NCBI GenBank assembly: GCA_963663895.2
Contig: CAXXRD010000002.1
Location: forward strand, 544,001-608,000
Direction of reading: 5' to 3'
DNA length: 64,000 bases
From: Dehalococcoidia bacterium
Lineage (GTDB): Bacteria; Chloroflexota; Dehalococcoidia; Bin125
In this document: positions 10,379-20,476 of the stretch, piece by piece
Numbering within the stretch: position 1 is the first letter of the stretch
Layout of the letters: every line of letters begins with the position of its first letter
Translations under genes and position numbers: made by a program
Notes under the pieces: model-generated
The model's database searches: none
Seen by the model: the letters and a program-made list of their open reading frames with translations, nothing else
Told to the model about the DNA's origin: nothing

Positions 10379-10972
10379 TTAGCGTCCCGGAGAATGGGAC
10401 TTGGTGAGCTGCTCGGAGCGGCGCTCCAGCGTCGTGATCGCGTCGACGCGGTTGTACATCCAGAGCGCGAGGGGTTCGGTGACCTGGGGCAGATTGACGA
10501 GGTAGGCGGCGAGAAGCCACAGTCCACCGGCCCACCAACCAAGGCCGAAAAAGTACAGGGCGCGCACGTACGGTCGCTCGCGCACCTCTTGCTCGCGCTC
10601 GCTCGGGGTGACGGGCCCAGCGATCCGTTGCGAGGGATGGGCCAACCGCATGACGCGCGGGAGCTGCTGGAGCGCCCAGGGCCGGAAGATGTAGCCCACG
10701 GCGGTGAAGTTGAGGATCGCCGTGGCAGCGATGAGCAGTAAGCCACCCCACGAGCCGACGAAGATGAGCCACAGCAGCCGGACGGTGAAGGGATACGGCT
10801 GCGGCGCCGTTTCGACGATGACGCGCCGCGCCGTTTCGTCGACGTGGATCGAGGTGGGCGCGCCGTCCGCGGCCCGCGCCCGGCTCGAAGCCGGCGAGGC
10901 GGCGGAAGCGCCGCCAGCAGACTCGCTTGCGGGCGGCGGTTCGGATTCGGGAAGTTCCGAATCGGGCATCAT
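10379..10972 (-). CDS. Membrane protein with two YccF-like repeats
   Basis: Internally duplicated VRLLWLIFVGSW / VRALYFFGLGWW TM hairpins. Confidence 0.6.
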   Translation of the reverse strand: MMPDSELPESEPPPASESAGGASAASPASSRARAADGAPTSIHVDETARRVIVETAPQPYPFTVRLLWLIFVGSWGGLLLIAATAILNFTAVGYIFRPWALQQLPRVMRLAHPSQRIAGPVTPSEREQEVRERPYVRALYFFGLGWWAGGLWLLAAYLVNLPQVTEPLALWMYNRVDAITTLERRSEQLTKSHSPGR

Positions 10973-11152
10973 GCAAGATCTCCCATCGGCGCAGCGGCAG
11001 TCTATGGGAAGAGCGAGACCCCCTCAACGCCGAACAAGACCAGGGATGGAAGCGTCCGAGCCCCACTGGGCGGTGGGCTCTGTTAGCGTTGGCGCTGGTA
11101 ACGTTGGCATGGGGGTTAGGCCGCGCGCCGGGCGCGGATGTGAGTCTTGCCG

Positions 11153-12331
11153 ATGCTGTTGCGCAACCTGCGGCTGATCGACGGCACGGGCGCGCTCCAT
11201 GCGCGAGTCGACGTGCGCATCCGCGACGGACGCTTTCAGGCGATCGCGCCGGATCTGCCGAAGGACGACGAACCCGTCATCGATCTGAGCGGTTCGACGG
11301 CGATCCCGGGTCTGATCGACGCGCACACCCACTTGAGCCTCAACGCCGCGCCTAGCGCGATCGAAGACGCGGCCGAGCAGCCGCACCCCTACCAGGCCCT
11401 ACTCACGGCAAAGCGCGCCGCCGCGCTGTTGCGGTACGGCGTAACGACCGCGCGCGACGTGGGCGGCGTGCCGTCGGTCATCTTCGCGGTGCGGGACGCG
11501 ATCGCCCAGGGCCATCTGGAGGGCCCGCGGATTATCGCGGCCGGACATTGGCTCACCGTTACCGGCGGACACGGCTGGATGATCGCGGTCGAGGTGGACG
11601 GGGTGGACGCCTTGCGCCGGGCCGTGCGGGCGGAGGTCAAGGCCGGGTCGGACATGATCAAGCTGATGGCGAGCGGCGGCGTAGTGGGCGCGGGGCTGGG
11701 ACCGCACGCCGTGCAGTTCTCGGAAGAGGAGATGCGGGTCGCGGCAGATGAGGCGCATGGAGCAGGACTGAAGATCGCGGCGCACGCGCACGGCACGGGC
11801 AGCATCGGCAACGCCGTCCGGGGCGGGGTGGATACTGTGGAGCACGGCTCGTTTCTCACGGAGGAGCTGGCGGACGCGATGATCACACGGGGCACCCATC
11901 TGACGCCCACGCTGGCGGTGATGGGGTTCATCCTCGCTCGTCCGGATGAGGCGGGGATGACGGAGGAGACCATGACGCGGGCGCGGGCGGTGAGCGACTC
12001 GCACCGCGCCGCGATCACGATGGCGTACGGGATGGGGGTACCGCTGGTGGCAGGGACGGACATGGGCGCGCCGTTTACCGGTCCAGACGCGCTCCACCAA
12101 GAGATCGTGGAGCTGGGAACGATCGGCTGCTCGCCCATGGAGGCGATCCAGGCGGCGACGAGCAACGCGGCGCGGGCGATGGGCCTGGAGGAGGCGATCG
12201 GCAGCGTGCAGCCAGGGCGGCGCGCGGACCTCGTCGTGCTGAGCGAGGATCCCCTGGACGATCTATCGGCGACGCGGTCGATTCGCTACGTGTTCAAAGA
12301 CGGCCGGGTGGCGTGGAGACAGGCGGATTAG
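11153..12331 (+). CDS. Metal-dependent amidohydrolase (Xaa-Pro dipeptidase-like)
   Basis: PGLIDAHTH, GVTTARD, IKLMASGG, AHAHG, EHG, AGTD, GRRADLV. Confidence 0.9.
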   Translation: MLLRNLRLIDGTGALHARVDVRIRDGRFQAIAPDLPKDDEPVIDLSGSTAIPGLIDAHTHLSLNAAPSAIEDAAEQPHPYQALLTAKRAAALLRYGVTTARDVGGVPSVIFAVRDAIAQGHLEGPRIIAAGHWLTVTGGHGWMIAVEVDGVDALRRAVRAEVKAGSDMIKLMASGGVVGAGLGPHAVQFSEEEMRVAADEAHGAGLKIAAHAHGTGSIGNAVRGGVDTVEHGSFLTEELADAMITRGTHLTPTLAVMGFILARPDEAGMTEETMTRARAVSDSHRAAITMAYGMGVPLVAGTDMGAPFTGPDALHQEIVELGTIGCSPMEAIQAATSNAARAMGLEEAIGSVQPGRRADLVVLSEDPLDDLSATRSIRYVFKDGRVAWRQAD

Positions 12332-12354
12332 GGCGTCTGGCGGAAGGAACAGGG

Positions 12355-13566
12355 ATGAAAGCGCCACTGGAGGGCATCCGCGTGCTCGAGGTCGCGAACT
12401 GGCTAGTGGCGCCGTGCACCGCGGCGCTGATGGTCGACATGGGAGCGGAGGCGATCAAAGTCGAGCCGCCGGGCGGCGACGCCTTGCGCGGCTTCGACAT
12501 GAACACGCTCGGATACGACTACGACTTCAAAGGCAGCTACGTATTTGAGCTGGACAATCGAGGCAAGCGCTCGATCACGGTGGACCTCGAGAAGCCCGGC
12601 GGGATCGAGCTGGTGCAGCGGCTCGCGCAGGATGTGGATGTCTTCGTGACGAATCTGATCCAGTCGAGGCGGGAACGGTACCGGCTGACGCCCGCAGCGA
12701 TCCACGCGATCAACCCGACGGCGGTATACGCATCGTTCTCGGGATATGGGACACGAGGGCCCGACGCGGCGCGGCCGGGCTTCGACTACGCCGCCTTCTG
12801 GGCGCGGAGCGGCGTCATGCGCGCGCTGACGCTTCCCGACTCGCCGCCGCCGCTCTGCAGACCAGGCCAGGGAGACCACACCACCACCCTCAACCTCCTG
12901 GCGGGAGTCTTGGCCGCGCTGCGCCTGCGCGACGCGACGGGAGAGGGACAAGTCGTCGACGCCACGCTGCTAGGCACGGGCATGTGGACCGTGGGGACGG
13001 ACCTGGCGTCGGTACTGGTGGCGCGGCAGCAGCCGCCTCCGCACGACCATGCCGCGCCGGGTAACCCATTGCACAACGCCTACGAGTGCTCCGACGGGAG
13101 GTGGGTTCAGCTGGTCATGCCGCAGCCGGACCGCTTCTGGGCACGGGTCTGCACCATGCTGGGACTGCACGAGTGGGCGGAGGACGAGCGTTACGACTCC
13201 ATCCCCAAACGCCAGGAGCACACGCAGGTGCTGACGCGCGGCATCGCGGAGAGGTTCCGGCAGCACGACTTCGCCTATTGGCGGGAGCAGTTGGACGCGT
13301 TCGGGTTAATCTGGGCGCCCGTCTCGACGTTGCCCGATCTGATCGACGACCCGCAGGTGCGCGAGATGGAGATCTTCGCGGAGATCGAGCACCCGGAGCT
13401 GGGACGGTTCGAGACGATGAATACCCCCTTTCAGATCGCGGGGGCGGAGATCGGCGTGCGGGGCCCCGCCCCCGCGGCCGGAGAGCACACGGCCGCGGTC
13501 GTGCGCGAGGCGGGGCTCAGCGACGACGAGATCGCGGAGCTCGCCGCGAACGGGGTGTTCGGCTGA
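12355..13566 (+). CDS. CaiB/BaiF family (class III) CoA-transferase
   Basis: PLEGIRVLE, GAEAIKVEPPGGD, NRGKRSI, GYGTRGP, GFD. Confidence 0.9.
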   Translation: MKAPLEGIRVLEVANWLVAPCTAALMVDMGAEAIKVEPPGGDALRGFDMNTLGYDYDFKGSYVFELDNRGKRSITVDLEKPGGIELVQRLAQDVDVFVTNLIQSRRERYRLTPAAIHAINPTAVYASFSGYGTRGPDAARPGFDYAAFWARSGVMRALTLPDSPPPLCRPGQGDHTTTLNLLAGVLAALRLRDATGEGQVVDATLLGTGMWTVGTDLASVLVARQQPPPHDHAAPGNPLHNAYECSDGRWVQLVMPQPDRFWARVCTMLGLHEWAEDERYDSIPKRQEHTQVLTRGIAERFRQHDFAYWREQLDAFGLIWAPVSTLPDLIDDPQVREMEIFAEIEHPELGRFETMNTPFQIAGAEIGVRGPAPAAGEHTAAVVREAGLSDDEIAELAANGVFG

Positions 13567-13576
13567 CCGAGGCCCG

Positions 13577-14806
13577 TTAGCCGCGGCGCCGGAGAAGCAT
13601 GACCCCGAGCGCCCCGGCCAGCACGAGGATCAGGACACCGCCGATTGGGGCGATGACCAACCAGGCGTCGAAGCCGTCCCCCTGCGATGACCGGGAGTCG
13701 AAGAGCGTGAGATCGATGCGCGCATCGGGCTCGGCGGGAGGCACGGCGTCGGACGGCGGCTCACCGCTGACCTGAATCTCCTTGGACTCGACGTCGCCCT
13801 CACGCTCAAGCGCGGCGAGCGTGGCGTCGAACGCGGCCCTTGGGACCCGGAGATGCGCTTGCGCATGCGTATCGTCGCCGGCCACCGAGAGGATCACGCG
13901 ATCGACGACGCCCCCCGTGGTCCCGACGAGCGTGCGCACGCTGGACAGCGCGCGCTGCACATCGTCAACGGCGACATGGAGGTAGCCGGAAGGCGGCTCG
14001 ACGAAGGGCGTGTCGGGCGGGAAGAGCGAGACGGTGATGCTCGAGAGCGCGACGCGGTTGCCGAGGTAGTTGATCTGGCCTTGGAGCCGCTCGATTTCGG
14101 CACGGACACGGCCGAGCTCGCGCTCGATGACCAAGAGATCGGCGACCGTCTCCGCGCTGTCGAGCAGTTCGACGAGGCGCGCTTCCTCGTGGGTGGCGCT
14201 GCGGAGCCGCGCCTCAAGATCGATGAATTGCTCGGTGACGTCGTCGCTCGACACGAACTCGTCGCGCACCTCGCCGAGGGCGCCGATGCGATCGAGGATC
14301 GTGAAGAATTGCTCTCGCGGGACGCGAATGGTGAGCGTAGCGAACTGATCCGGGCCCTCACCCGTGCGCGAGAGCTGCTCGACGAACCCGCCCGAGGATT
14401 CGGCGATCGCACGGACCTGATCGACCGCCACGGGTACGTCCTCGACGCTGACGGAGACGTTCCCGTTGTGGATAACCATTCGGTCGACGGCTTGCGCGGC
14501 GTTGGGAGAGCGCGGCGGTTCGCCCGGCACGCCTCCGGCCGAGGCCGTCGCAACGGTCTCTCCAGCAACGCTGGCGGCGGGCGCGGCGAAGGCTTCCTCC
14601 ACGGACTCGTCGAAGTCCGCGGGCACTTCGAGGGCAAAGTCCGCCTCTTGCATCGATTCCTGTGCGAAGGAGTCGTCGACGATCGTGAAGGCTTCGCCGT
14701 CGCTGAAGGGGGAACGGCCGGAATCGCTCCCGTCGCTGCCGCAGGCGACGAGGGCAAGAGAGGCGAGCAAGGCCACTAAAACAAGGAGAGGCAATCGAAC
14801 GCTCAT
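13577..14806 (-). CDS. DUF4349-domain lipoprotein with C-terminal TM anchor
   Basis: Lipobox LVAC; TLTIRVP, DVTEQFIDLEARL, IERELGRVRAEIE; C-terminal TM plus RRRG. Confidence 0.8.
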   Translation of the reverse strand: MSVRLPLLVLVALLASLALVACGSDGSDSGRSPFSDGEAFTIVDDSFAQESMQEADFALEVPADFDESVEEAFAAPAASVAGETVATASAGGVPGEPPRSPNAAQAVDRMVIHNGNVSVSVEDVPVAVDQVRAIAESSGGFVEQLSRTGEGPDQFATLTIRVPREQFFTILDRIGALGEVRDEFVSSDDVTEQFIDLEARLRSATHEEARLVELLDSAETVADLLVIERELGRVRAEIERLQGQINYLGNRVALSSITVSLFPPDTPFVEPPSGYLHVAVDDVQRALSSVRTLVGTTGGVVDRVILSVAGDDTHAQAHLRVPRAAFDATLAALEREGDVESKEIQVSGEPPSDAVPPAEPDARIDLTLFDSRSSQGDGFDAWLVIAPIGGVLILVLAGALGVMLLRRRG

Positions 14807-15142
14807 TGATCAGACCTCCACCAACCAAGACGACCGTGCCTGAGAGGAAGTTCCGAACGATCCGCTGCCGAGCCGGAAAATACAGAACCGGCCGCAGCGG
14901 AGGGAGCGGATTCGATCGGTCGCAACCTGCGCACACACCCGCGCGCACTCGTCCTCGGCGCAAGAGGTAGGGCCAGTGCACAGGCCGGTCCGTGTCCCTC
15001 TTCCAGCGCGAAACGGCGGGCGTCGAGCGGAAGCCACGCGGGTGGCGGCGCAGGAAGGGAAAGAGCGCGCCCAACCCGGTCGAGCATCGCGAGAGGCGCC
15101 GGCAAGGGTGCGCGCACCAGCACGGGCGGATGGCGCGGCGTG

Positions 15143-16135
15143 CTAATCCCTGAGCCGCACGAGCGTGCGTCCGCGGATCTCGCCCTTGAGAATTTTGGCG
15201 GTGGCGCCGATCACGCCCTCAAGCGTGATCTCCTCAGCGATGGTCTCCAGCAGCCCCGCCGGCTTGAGATCGGCGCCGAGACGGCGCCAGAGCTCCTCGC
15301 GGACGGGCATGGACGCATAGACGGAGTCGATGCCGACGAGCTTGACGCCGCGCAGGATGAACGGGAAAACGGTGGTACCGATGGCCGTACCGCCCGTGAG
15401 ACCGGAGAGCGCAACCACACCCCCGGGCCGTGTGGTGCGGAGTAGGTAGGCCGTGGTGCTGCCCCCCACGGGGTCGACCGCGCCGGCCCAACGAGCCTTT
15501 TCCATGGGCCTGCCGCTTTCCACGCTGACCTCCTCACGGCTGAGGATCTCGGCAGCGCCGATGCTGCGGAGGAAGGCGTGCTGGCCGTCCTTCCCGGTGC
15601 TGGCCGCGACCGTGTAGCCGAGCCCGGCCAGCATGGCGACAGCGGTGCTGCCCACGCCACCCGTCGCGCCGGTGACGAGCACGGGGCCGGAGTCCGGCCC
15701 GATGCCGTTGCGCTCGAATTCGTATACCGAAAGGGCGGCGGTGAACCCAGCCGTGCCGAGGGCCATCGCCTCCTGGGCGTCGAGCCCGTCCGGCAGGTGG
15801 ACGAGCCAGTCAGCAGGCACACGCGCGAGCTCCGCGAACCCGCCCGGGTGTCCGACCCCGAGATCGTAGCCGGTGACGAGGACGCCGTCCCCTTCGTTGA
15901 AGCGGCCATCGCTGGACGCGATCACGCTGCCGGCGAGGTCGATGCCGGGGGTCATGGGATAGCTGCTGATGACGCGGCCATCGCGGATGCAGGCAAGGCC
16001 GTCTTTGAAGTTGATGTCCGACCATTCAACGCGAACGGTGACCTCTCCCTCAGGAAGACGGGACTCGTCCAGCTCGGCGACCTCCGCGCTGAAGGAGTCT
16101 TCGCTCTTGTCCACGACGAAGGCTCGAAAGCTCAC
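15143..16135 (-). CDS. acuI: Acrylyl-CoA reductase / YhdH-family quinone oxidoreductase
   Basis: INFKDGLA, PGIDLAG, AMALGTAGFTA, VTGATGGVGS, VFPFILRGVKLVGIDSV. Confidence 0.85.
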   Translation of the reverse strand: MSFRAFVVDKSEDSFSAEVAELDESRLPEGEVTVRVEWSDINFKDGLACIRDGRVISSYPMTPGIDLAGSVIASSDGRFNEGDGVLVTGYDLGVGHPGGFAELARVPADWLVHLPDGLDAQEAMALGTAGFTAALSVYEFERNGIGPDSGPVLVTGATGGVGSTAVAMLAGLGYTVAASTGKDGQHAFLRSIGAAEILSREEVSVESGRPMEKARWAGAVDPVGGSTTAYLLRTTRPGGVVALSGLTGGTAIGTTVFPFILRGVKLVGIDSVYASMPVREELWRRLGADLKPAGLLETIAEEITLEGVIGATAKILKGEIRGRTLVRLRD

Positions 16136-16330
16136 GCGTCGCTCCTTTCGAACGATGTGCGCAACACGAAAGAGCGGCCTCAGGGCCGCTTGCGACTCTA
16201 CTGCACGGAATGGAGAGCGTCACCAGTGGTGCCCTTCGCGCTCGCAAGCCGCAGGCGGTGCGGACGCCGTCCTGCGGCGCGAGCGAGCGGCTGCGGTACG
16301 TATACTCAAGCGGAAGGGAAGGAATAGCCC

Positions 16331-17266
16331 GTGAGCGCCGAACCGGACGAACTCGATCGCCGAATCATTGCGGAACTGACGGCGGACCCGCGCCGTGCGT
16401 ATGCGGAGATAGGCAAGCAGCTGGGCGTATCCGGCGCCACGGTCTCGTCGCGAATCGAGCGATTGCGGCGGGAAGAGCTGCTGTCGTTCGAGGTGCGGCC
16501 GGACTTAGAGGCGTTCGGCCTCACGATCCAGATTTTGGCCGCCGTGGAAGTGAACCCGGCGGCGCTGGCGGACGTGACCGCGATGCTGCGCGCCGCGCCG
16601 AACGTGCTTCGGCTCGACCACATCACCGGCGGCTTCAACATCCACTTCATCGCCGCCTTCCGTGAAGAGGCCGAGGTCGGGGGGCTCCTGCGGCAGCTGC
16701 AAACCACCAGTGGCGTGCGGCGCGTCGTGGTGCAGCACGTCATGGAGACCGTGCGGCTCGCGGACGGTTGGGCAGCGGTGCTGGCACCCGCGGAGCAGCC
16801 GGATACCCCCGCATACGGGATGGTCCCCGGAGTGCAGGTGCCAGCGCACCTGGAGGGACACTTGCAGACCGCCGCCGCATGGATCTACGCCTACGTGGGC
16901 GGCGATCTCGAGCGGCTGCGGATGACGTCCCAGCCGGGCGTTGTGCTGGAGATCTTGCGCCCGCGGTCGGCGGCGGGAACGTTCGAAGGGGTGGAGGCAG
17001 TGGCCCGAGCCGGTGCACGCCTGCGGCAGGTCTACCGGCGGTGGTGGTACCGGATCGCGGCGGTACGGGAGGCCGATCCGCCGTTCACCGTGGTAGTGGA
17101 CGCGCTGAGTCCGGCCGAAGACTTCGAAGGCCATGTGACCACGGTCTTCTCCCGTAACGCTTTCACCATCGACGGTGATCGGGTCGCGCGGGTGACGAGC
17201 TTCGGCGCGATGCCCCTGGAGGATTCGACGGCGGCCCTGCCGCCCGAGGCCCATTCGCTCGAGTAA
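16331..17266 (+). CDS. Lrp/AsnC family regulator with an extra C-terminal (NTF2/SnoaL-like?) domain
   Basis: LDRRIIAELTADPRRAYAEIGKQLGVSGATVSSRI HTH and ITGGFN RAM domain, then ~140 extra aa. Confidence 0.75.
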   Translation: MSAEPDELDRRIIAELTADPRRAYAEIGKQLGVSGATVSSRIERLRREELLSFEVRPDLEAFGLTIQILAAVEVNPAALADVTAMLRAAPNVLRLDHITGGFNIHFIAAFREEAEVGGLLRQLQTTSGVRRVVVQHVMETVRLADGWAAVLAPAEQPDTPAYGMVPGVQVPAHLEGHLQTAAAWIYAYVGGDLERLRMTSQPGVVLEILRPRSAAGTFEGVEAVARAGARLRQVYRRWWYRIAAVREADPPFTVVVDALSPAEDFEGHVTTVFSRNAFTIDGDRVARVTSFGAMPLEDSTAALPPEAHSLE

Positions 17267-17425
17267 GCAAGTGCGCCGGCAGGGCGCGCACCGGCCTCAC
17301 CACGATCACGGACCTCCCCGCCGTGCGTCCGTGGGAGCCGCGGCGTCGTACTGTTGCATGACGGTGGTGCGTGACGAAGTCTCCACGCGCCTGCGATCGG
17401 GTCGCGTGCACGCGAGCGGAGGGGA

Positions 17426-18688
17426 TTGCCGATGCGAGCGGGACGAGGACGGAGGTGGAGGCTGCTGGCGCTGAGCGGAGCGTTGGGCGCGTGGGGGCTG
17501 GCGGCGGCGTGTGCCGGGGTGTCCGACGGCAATGGCGATGAGGTCGATCGGGTGGCGAGCGAGGGAACCTTTCTCCCCGCCGATGCGACGGAAACGCCCG
17601 CGGGCGAGCCCATCATCCGCGAAACCAGCCGCCACTTCCTCACCCGTCTGTCTTGGAAAACCAACTGGAACATCCGCATTATCGACCTGGCCGAGCTGAT
17701 TCCGGGCGCGCCGCGAAACGGGATCCCGCCTTTGAACGAGCCTGCGTTCATCGCCGTCGCGGAGGCCGACGCGATCTACAGAGAGAACTCGCCCGTGATC
17801 CAGTTCGAGCTGGGCGAGGACGTGCGGGCCTACCCGCTGGAGATCATGACCTGGCACGAGATCGTAAACGACGTGGTCGGCGGCGTGCCGGTAATGGTGA
17901 CGTTCTGTCCGCTGTGCAACACCGCGATCGCGTTCGAGCGGACGGTGGCGGGGACCGTGCTGACATTCGGCACGTCCGGTTTGGTGCGCAACAGCGACTT
18001 AGTGATGTGGGATCGCCAGACGGAGAGCCTCTGGCAGCAGATCGGCGGCAAAGCGCTGGTCGGGGATATGGTAGGGGCGGAGCTTCCCCGGCTGCCGGCC
18101 GTGATCGTCGCCTGGTCGCAGTTCCGGGAAAATTTCCCCGAAGGAATCGTGCTGTCCCGGGAGACGGGCTTCCAGCGGGACTACGGCCGCAACCCGTACG
18201 TGGGCTACGACGCCGTCGATAGTTTCCCTTTCCTGTTCCGCGGAGCGATCGACGAACGGCTGAGTCCCTTCGAACGGGTTGCCACGGTCGAATTCGGGGA
18301 GGCGGTCGTCGCGTACCCGTTCGCCTTGCTGGAGCAGGAGCGGGTGCTGGAGGAAGAGCGGGACGGGCAAGGCGTGGTGGTGTTCTGGGTGCCGGGCGCC
18401 TCGTCGGCATTGGATTCGCTGGAGATCGACCAAGGCCGAGCCGTGGGGTCGACGGGGGTCTTCTACCGGGAGGTGGACGGCGCGGCGCTGTCGTTCCTAC
18501 CGAACCCCGCCGATGAACAAACGTTCCTGGACACGACGACGCGATCGGTGTGGAACGTATTCGGCGAGGCGATCAGCGGCCCACTGGAGGGATCCCGACT
18601 GACGGCAAAGGTGCACGCCAACCACTTTTGGTTCGCCTGGGCGGCGTTCCAGCCTGAAACCGAGATCGTGACGAGGGGGGCAAATTAG
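17426..18688 (+). CDS. DUF3179-family lipoprotein (CxxC), second paralog
   Basis: LAAAC lipobox; NGIPPL, RAYPLEIMTWHEIVND, TFCPLCNT, FGTSGL, FWFAWAAF. Confidence 0.85.
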   Translation: MPMRAGRGRRWRLLALSGALGAWGLAAACAGVSDGNGDEVDRVASEGTFLPADATETPAGEPIIRETSRHFLTRLSWKTNWNIRIIDLAELIPGAPRNGIPPLNEPAFIAVAEADAIYRENSPVIQFELGEDVRAYPLEIMTWHEIVNDVVGGVPVMVTFCPLCNTAIAFERTVAGTVLTFGTSGLVRNSDLVMWDRQTESLWQQIGGKALVGDMVGAELPRLPAVIVAWSQFRENFPEGIVLSRETGFQRDYGRNPYVGYDAVDSFPFLFRGAIDERLSPFERVATVEFGEAVVAYPFALLEQERVLEEERDGQGVVVFWVPGASSALDSLEIDQGRAVGSTGVFYREVDGAALSFLPNPADEQTFLDTTTRSVWNVFGEAISGPLEGSRLTAKVHANHFWFAWAAFQPETEIVTRGAN

Positions 18689-18978
18689 GCGGCTTGCAGG
18701 AGCGGTTGGCGCGGATCCACGGCCGAATCAACAGGGAAACCGCGCACTGCGGGGGCAAGGCGGCGGCGAACAGCATCGGAGTCCTATTCGAGGCGCGCGC
18801 CGTCAGCCGTTGGGACCGTCGCTGCGTCCCAGAGCCGCGTACGTAGCAGTCATGTCAGAAAACGCTGCGAAGACCGAGAAAATCGGTTTGCACCGCTTGG
18901 CTGGATGGGTGCCGTAGCGTAAAAAAGTCTAGAGCACGGGCGGGGCACCAGGCCCCAGAGAGTTAAGGAACACGAACT

Positions 18979-19314
18979 ATGCCCGAGAAGAGCTATCGGA
19001 TCGAGGCCACGATCAAGCCTCGGACGAAATCCGACACCTTCCGCATCATCGCGGCGAACACGGATCTGACGAGGCGACAGGTCGCCGATGTGTTCGACGC
19101 GCTCAGTGCGATCATTGAGAAGGACCTCGGTAAAGGCGGGCCCGGCGTATTTAGCGTGCCGGGCTTGATGAAGGTCACGGTGCAGCACAAGCCCGCCGTG
19201 CCCGCTCGCCGCGGGATCAACCCATTTACCGGCCAGGAGGCGACGTTCAAGGCCAAGCCAGCCTCCAAAGGGGTCAAGATACGACCCCTCAAGGGGCTGA
19301 AGGACTTGGTATAG
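18979..19314 (+). CDS. HU family nucleoid DNA-binding protein
   Basis: FSVPGL, ARRGINPFTG, FKAKPASK, KIRPLKGLKD; RBS AAGGA. Confidence 0.9.
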   Translation: MPEKSYRIEATIKPRTKSDTFRIIAANTDLTRRQVADVFDALSAIIEKDLGKGGPGVFSVPGLMKVTVQHKPAVPARRGINPFTGQEATFKAKPASKGVKIRPLKGLKDLV

Positions 19315-19456
19315 TCTCACCCCTCTCCGGCGACGCACCGTCTGAGGCGGGATGTCGCGCGTGGCGGGCACACGGCGGCGAGCGCCGCCGTTCGCGGCGG
19401 GCCAGGTGAATCGGCTGGAGTAGGCTGTCCTCGACGAGTGGAGGGCGAAGAGGCCG

Positions 19457-20446
19457 ATGCCGGAGTTGTCGAAGAAGGAACGCGTGCGCGCGGCGCTGCA
19501 GGGCAGGCCCGTTGATCGGGCGCCGGTATCGCTCTGGGGCCACGACTTTCTGCGTGAGTGGGAGCCGCGGGAGCTTGTCGCGGCGACGCTCGATTCGTAC
19601 CGAGCGAATGACTGGGATTTCATCAAGTTCAATCCCCGCTCGACCTACTTCGCGGAGGCCTGGGGCAACCGCTACGACCGTCCGGACGCACAGCGGCAAC
19701 CGCGGCTCCAGCAGGCGATGGTCACCTCCACGGCGCAACTGGCCGCCCTCGAGCCGGTCGATCCAAGAGGCGGTGTGTTCGCGGAGCATCTCACCGCGCT
19801 GCGCTTACTTGTGGAAGAGGTCGGGGAAGAGGTCGACATCCTGCAGACGATCTTCTCGCCCTTGGGCGTGCTGGCGACGCTGGCGGGCGGCGAGCAACCC
19901 GTCCTGGAGCTGGCCGCCCAGGATGCGGCCGCGACGCACCACGCGCTGGCCGTGCTCACCGGCGTGCTGGACGAGTATGCCCGGGCGTCGCTGGCCGCCG
20001 GGGCGGCGGGCCTGTTCTACGCGCCCTTGCGCTGGCCCAGCCACGATTATTGCAGTGAGAACTTCTTCCGGGAGTTCGGCCGTCCCTACGACCTGCAGAT
20101 CCTGCATCCCCTGCGATCGGCGCCTTTCAATGTGCTGCACGTGTGCCGCGACCACAACATGATCGACCTGCTGCTCGACTACCCAGTGACGGCCTTCAAC
20201 TGGGCGGACCACGGTGAAGGAAACCCCGGTCTCGCGGAGGTGCTCGCGAAGACCGATAAAGCGGTGATCGGGGGAGTCGAGCACACACGACTGCACGAAG
20301 TCGCTGCGGATGTCGCGGCAGCGCAGGCGCGAGCGGCCGCAGCGGTGGGGCCGTCGCGGATGATGGTAGGGCCGGGCTGCTCCATCCCGCCCGCAACGCC
20401 GGCGGAGACGGCGGCGGCGGTCGCGCGGGCGGCGCGAGGCGGCTAG
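19457..20446 (+). CDS. Uroporphyrinogen decarboxylase (URO-D)-like family protein
   Basis: KERVRAALQGRPVDRAPVSLW, QTIFSP, LHVC, GPGCSIP. Confidence 0.75.
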   Translation: MPELSKKERVRAALQGRPVDRAPVSLWGHDFLREWEPRELVAATLDSYRANDWDFIKFNPRSTYFAEAWGNRYDRPDAQRQPRLQQAMVTSTAQLAALEPVDPRGGVFAEHLTALRLLVEEVGEEVDILQTIFSPLGVLATLAGGEQPVLELAAQDAAATHHALAVLTGVLDEYARASLAAGAAGLFYAPLRWPSHDYCSENFFREFGRPYDLQILHPLRSAPFNVLHVCRDHNMIDLLLDYPVTAFNWADHGEGNPGLAEVLAKTDKAVIGGVEHTRLHEVAADVAAAQARAAAAVGPSRMMVGPGCSIPPATPAETAAAVARAARGG

Positions 20447-20476
20447 CTACCTACTCGGGACTGGAGAGGAGGCGGC

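Noticed and set aside
14803-15123. 106-aa ORF or structured element between the DUF4349 gene and acuI
   Set aside because: No RBS, atypical composition, and pairing no better than expected for GC-rich DNA
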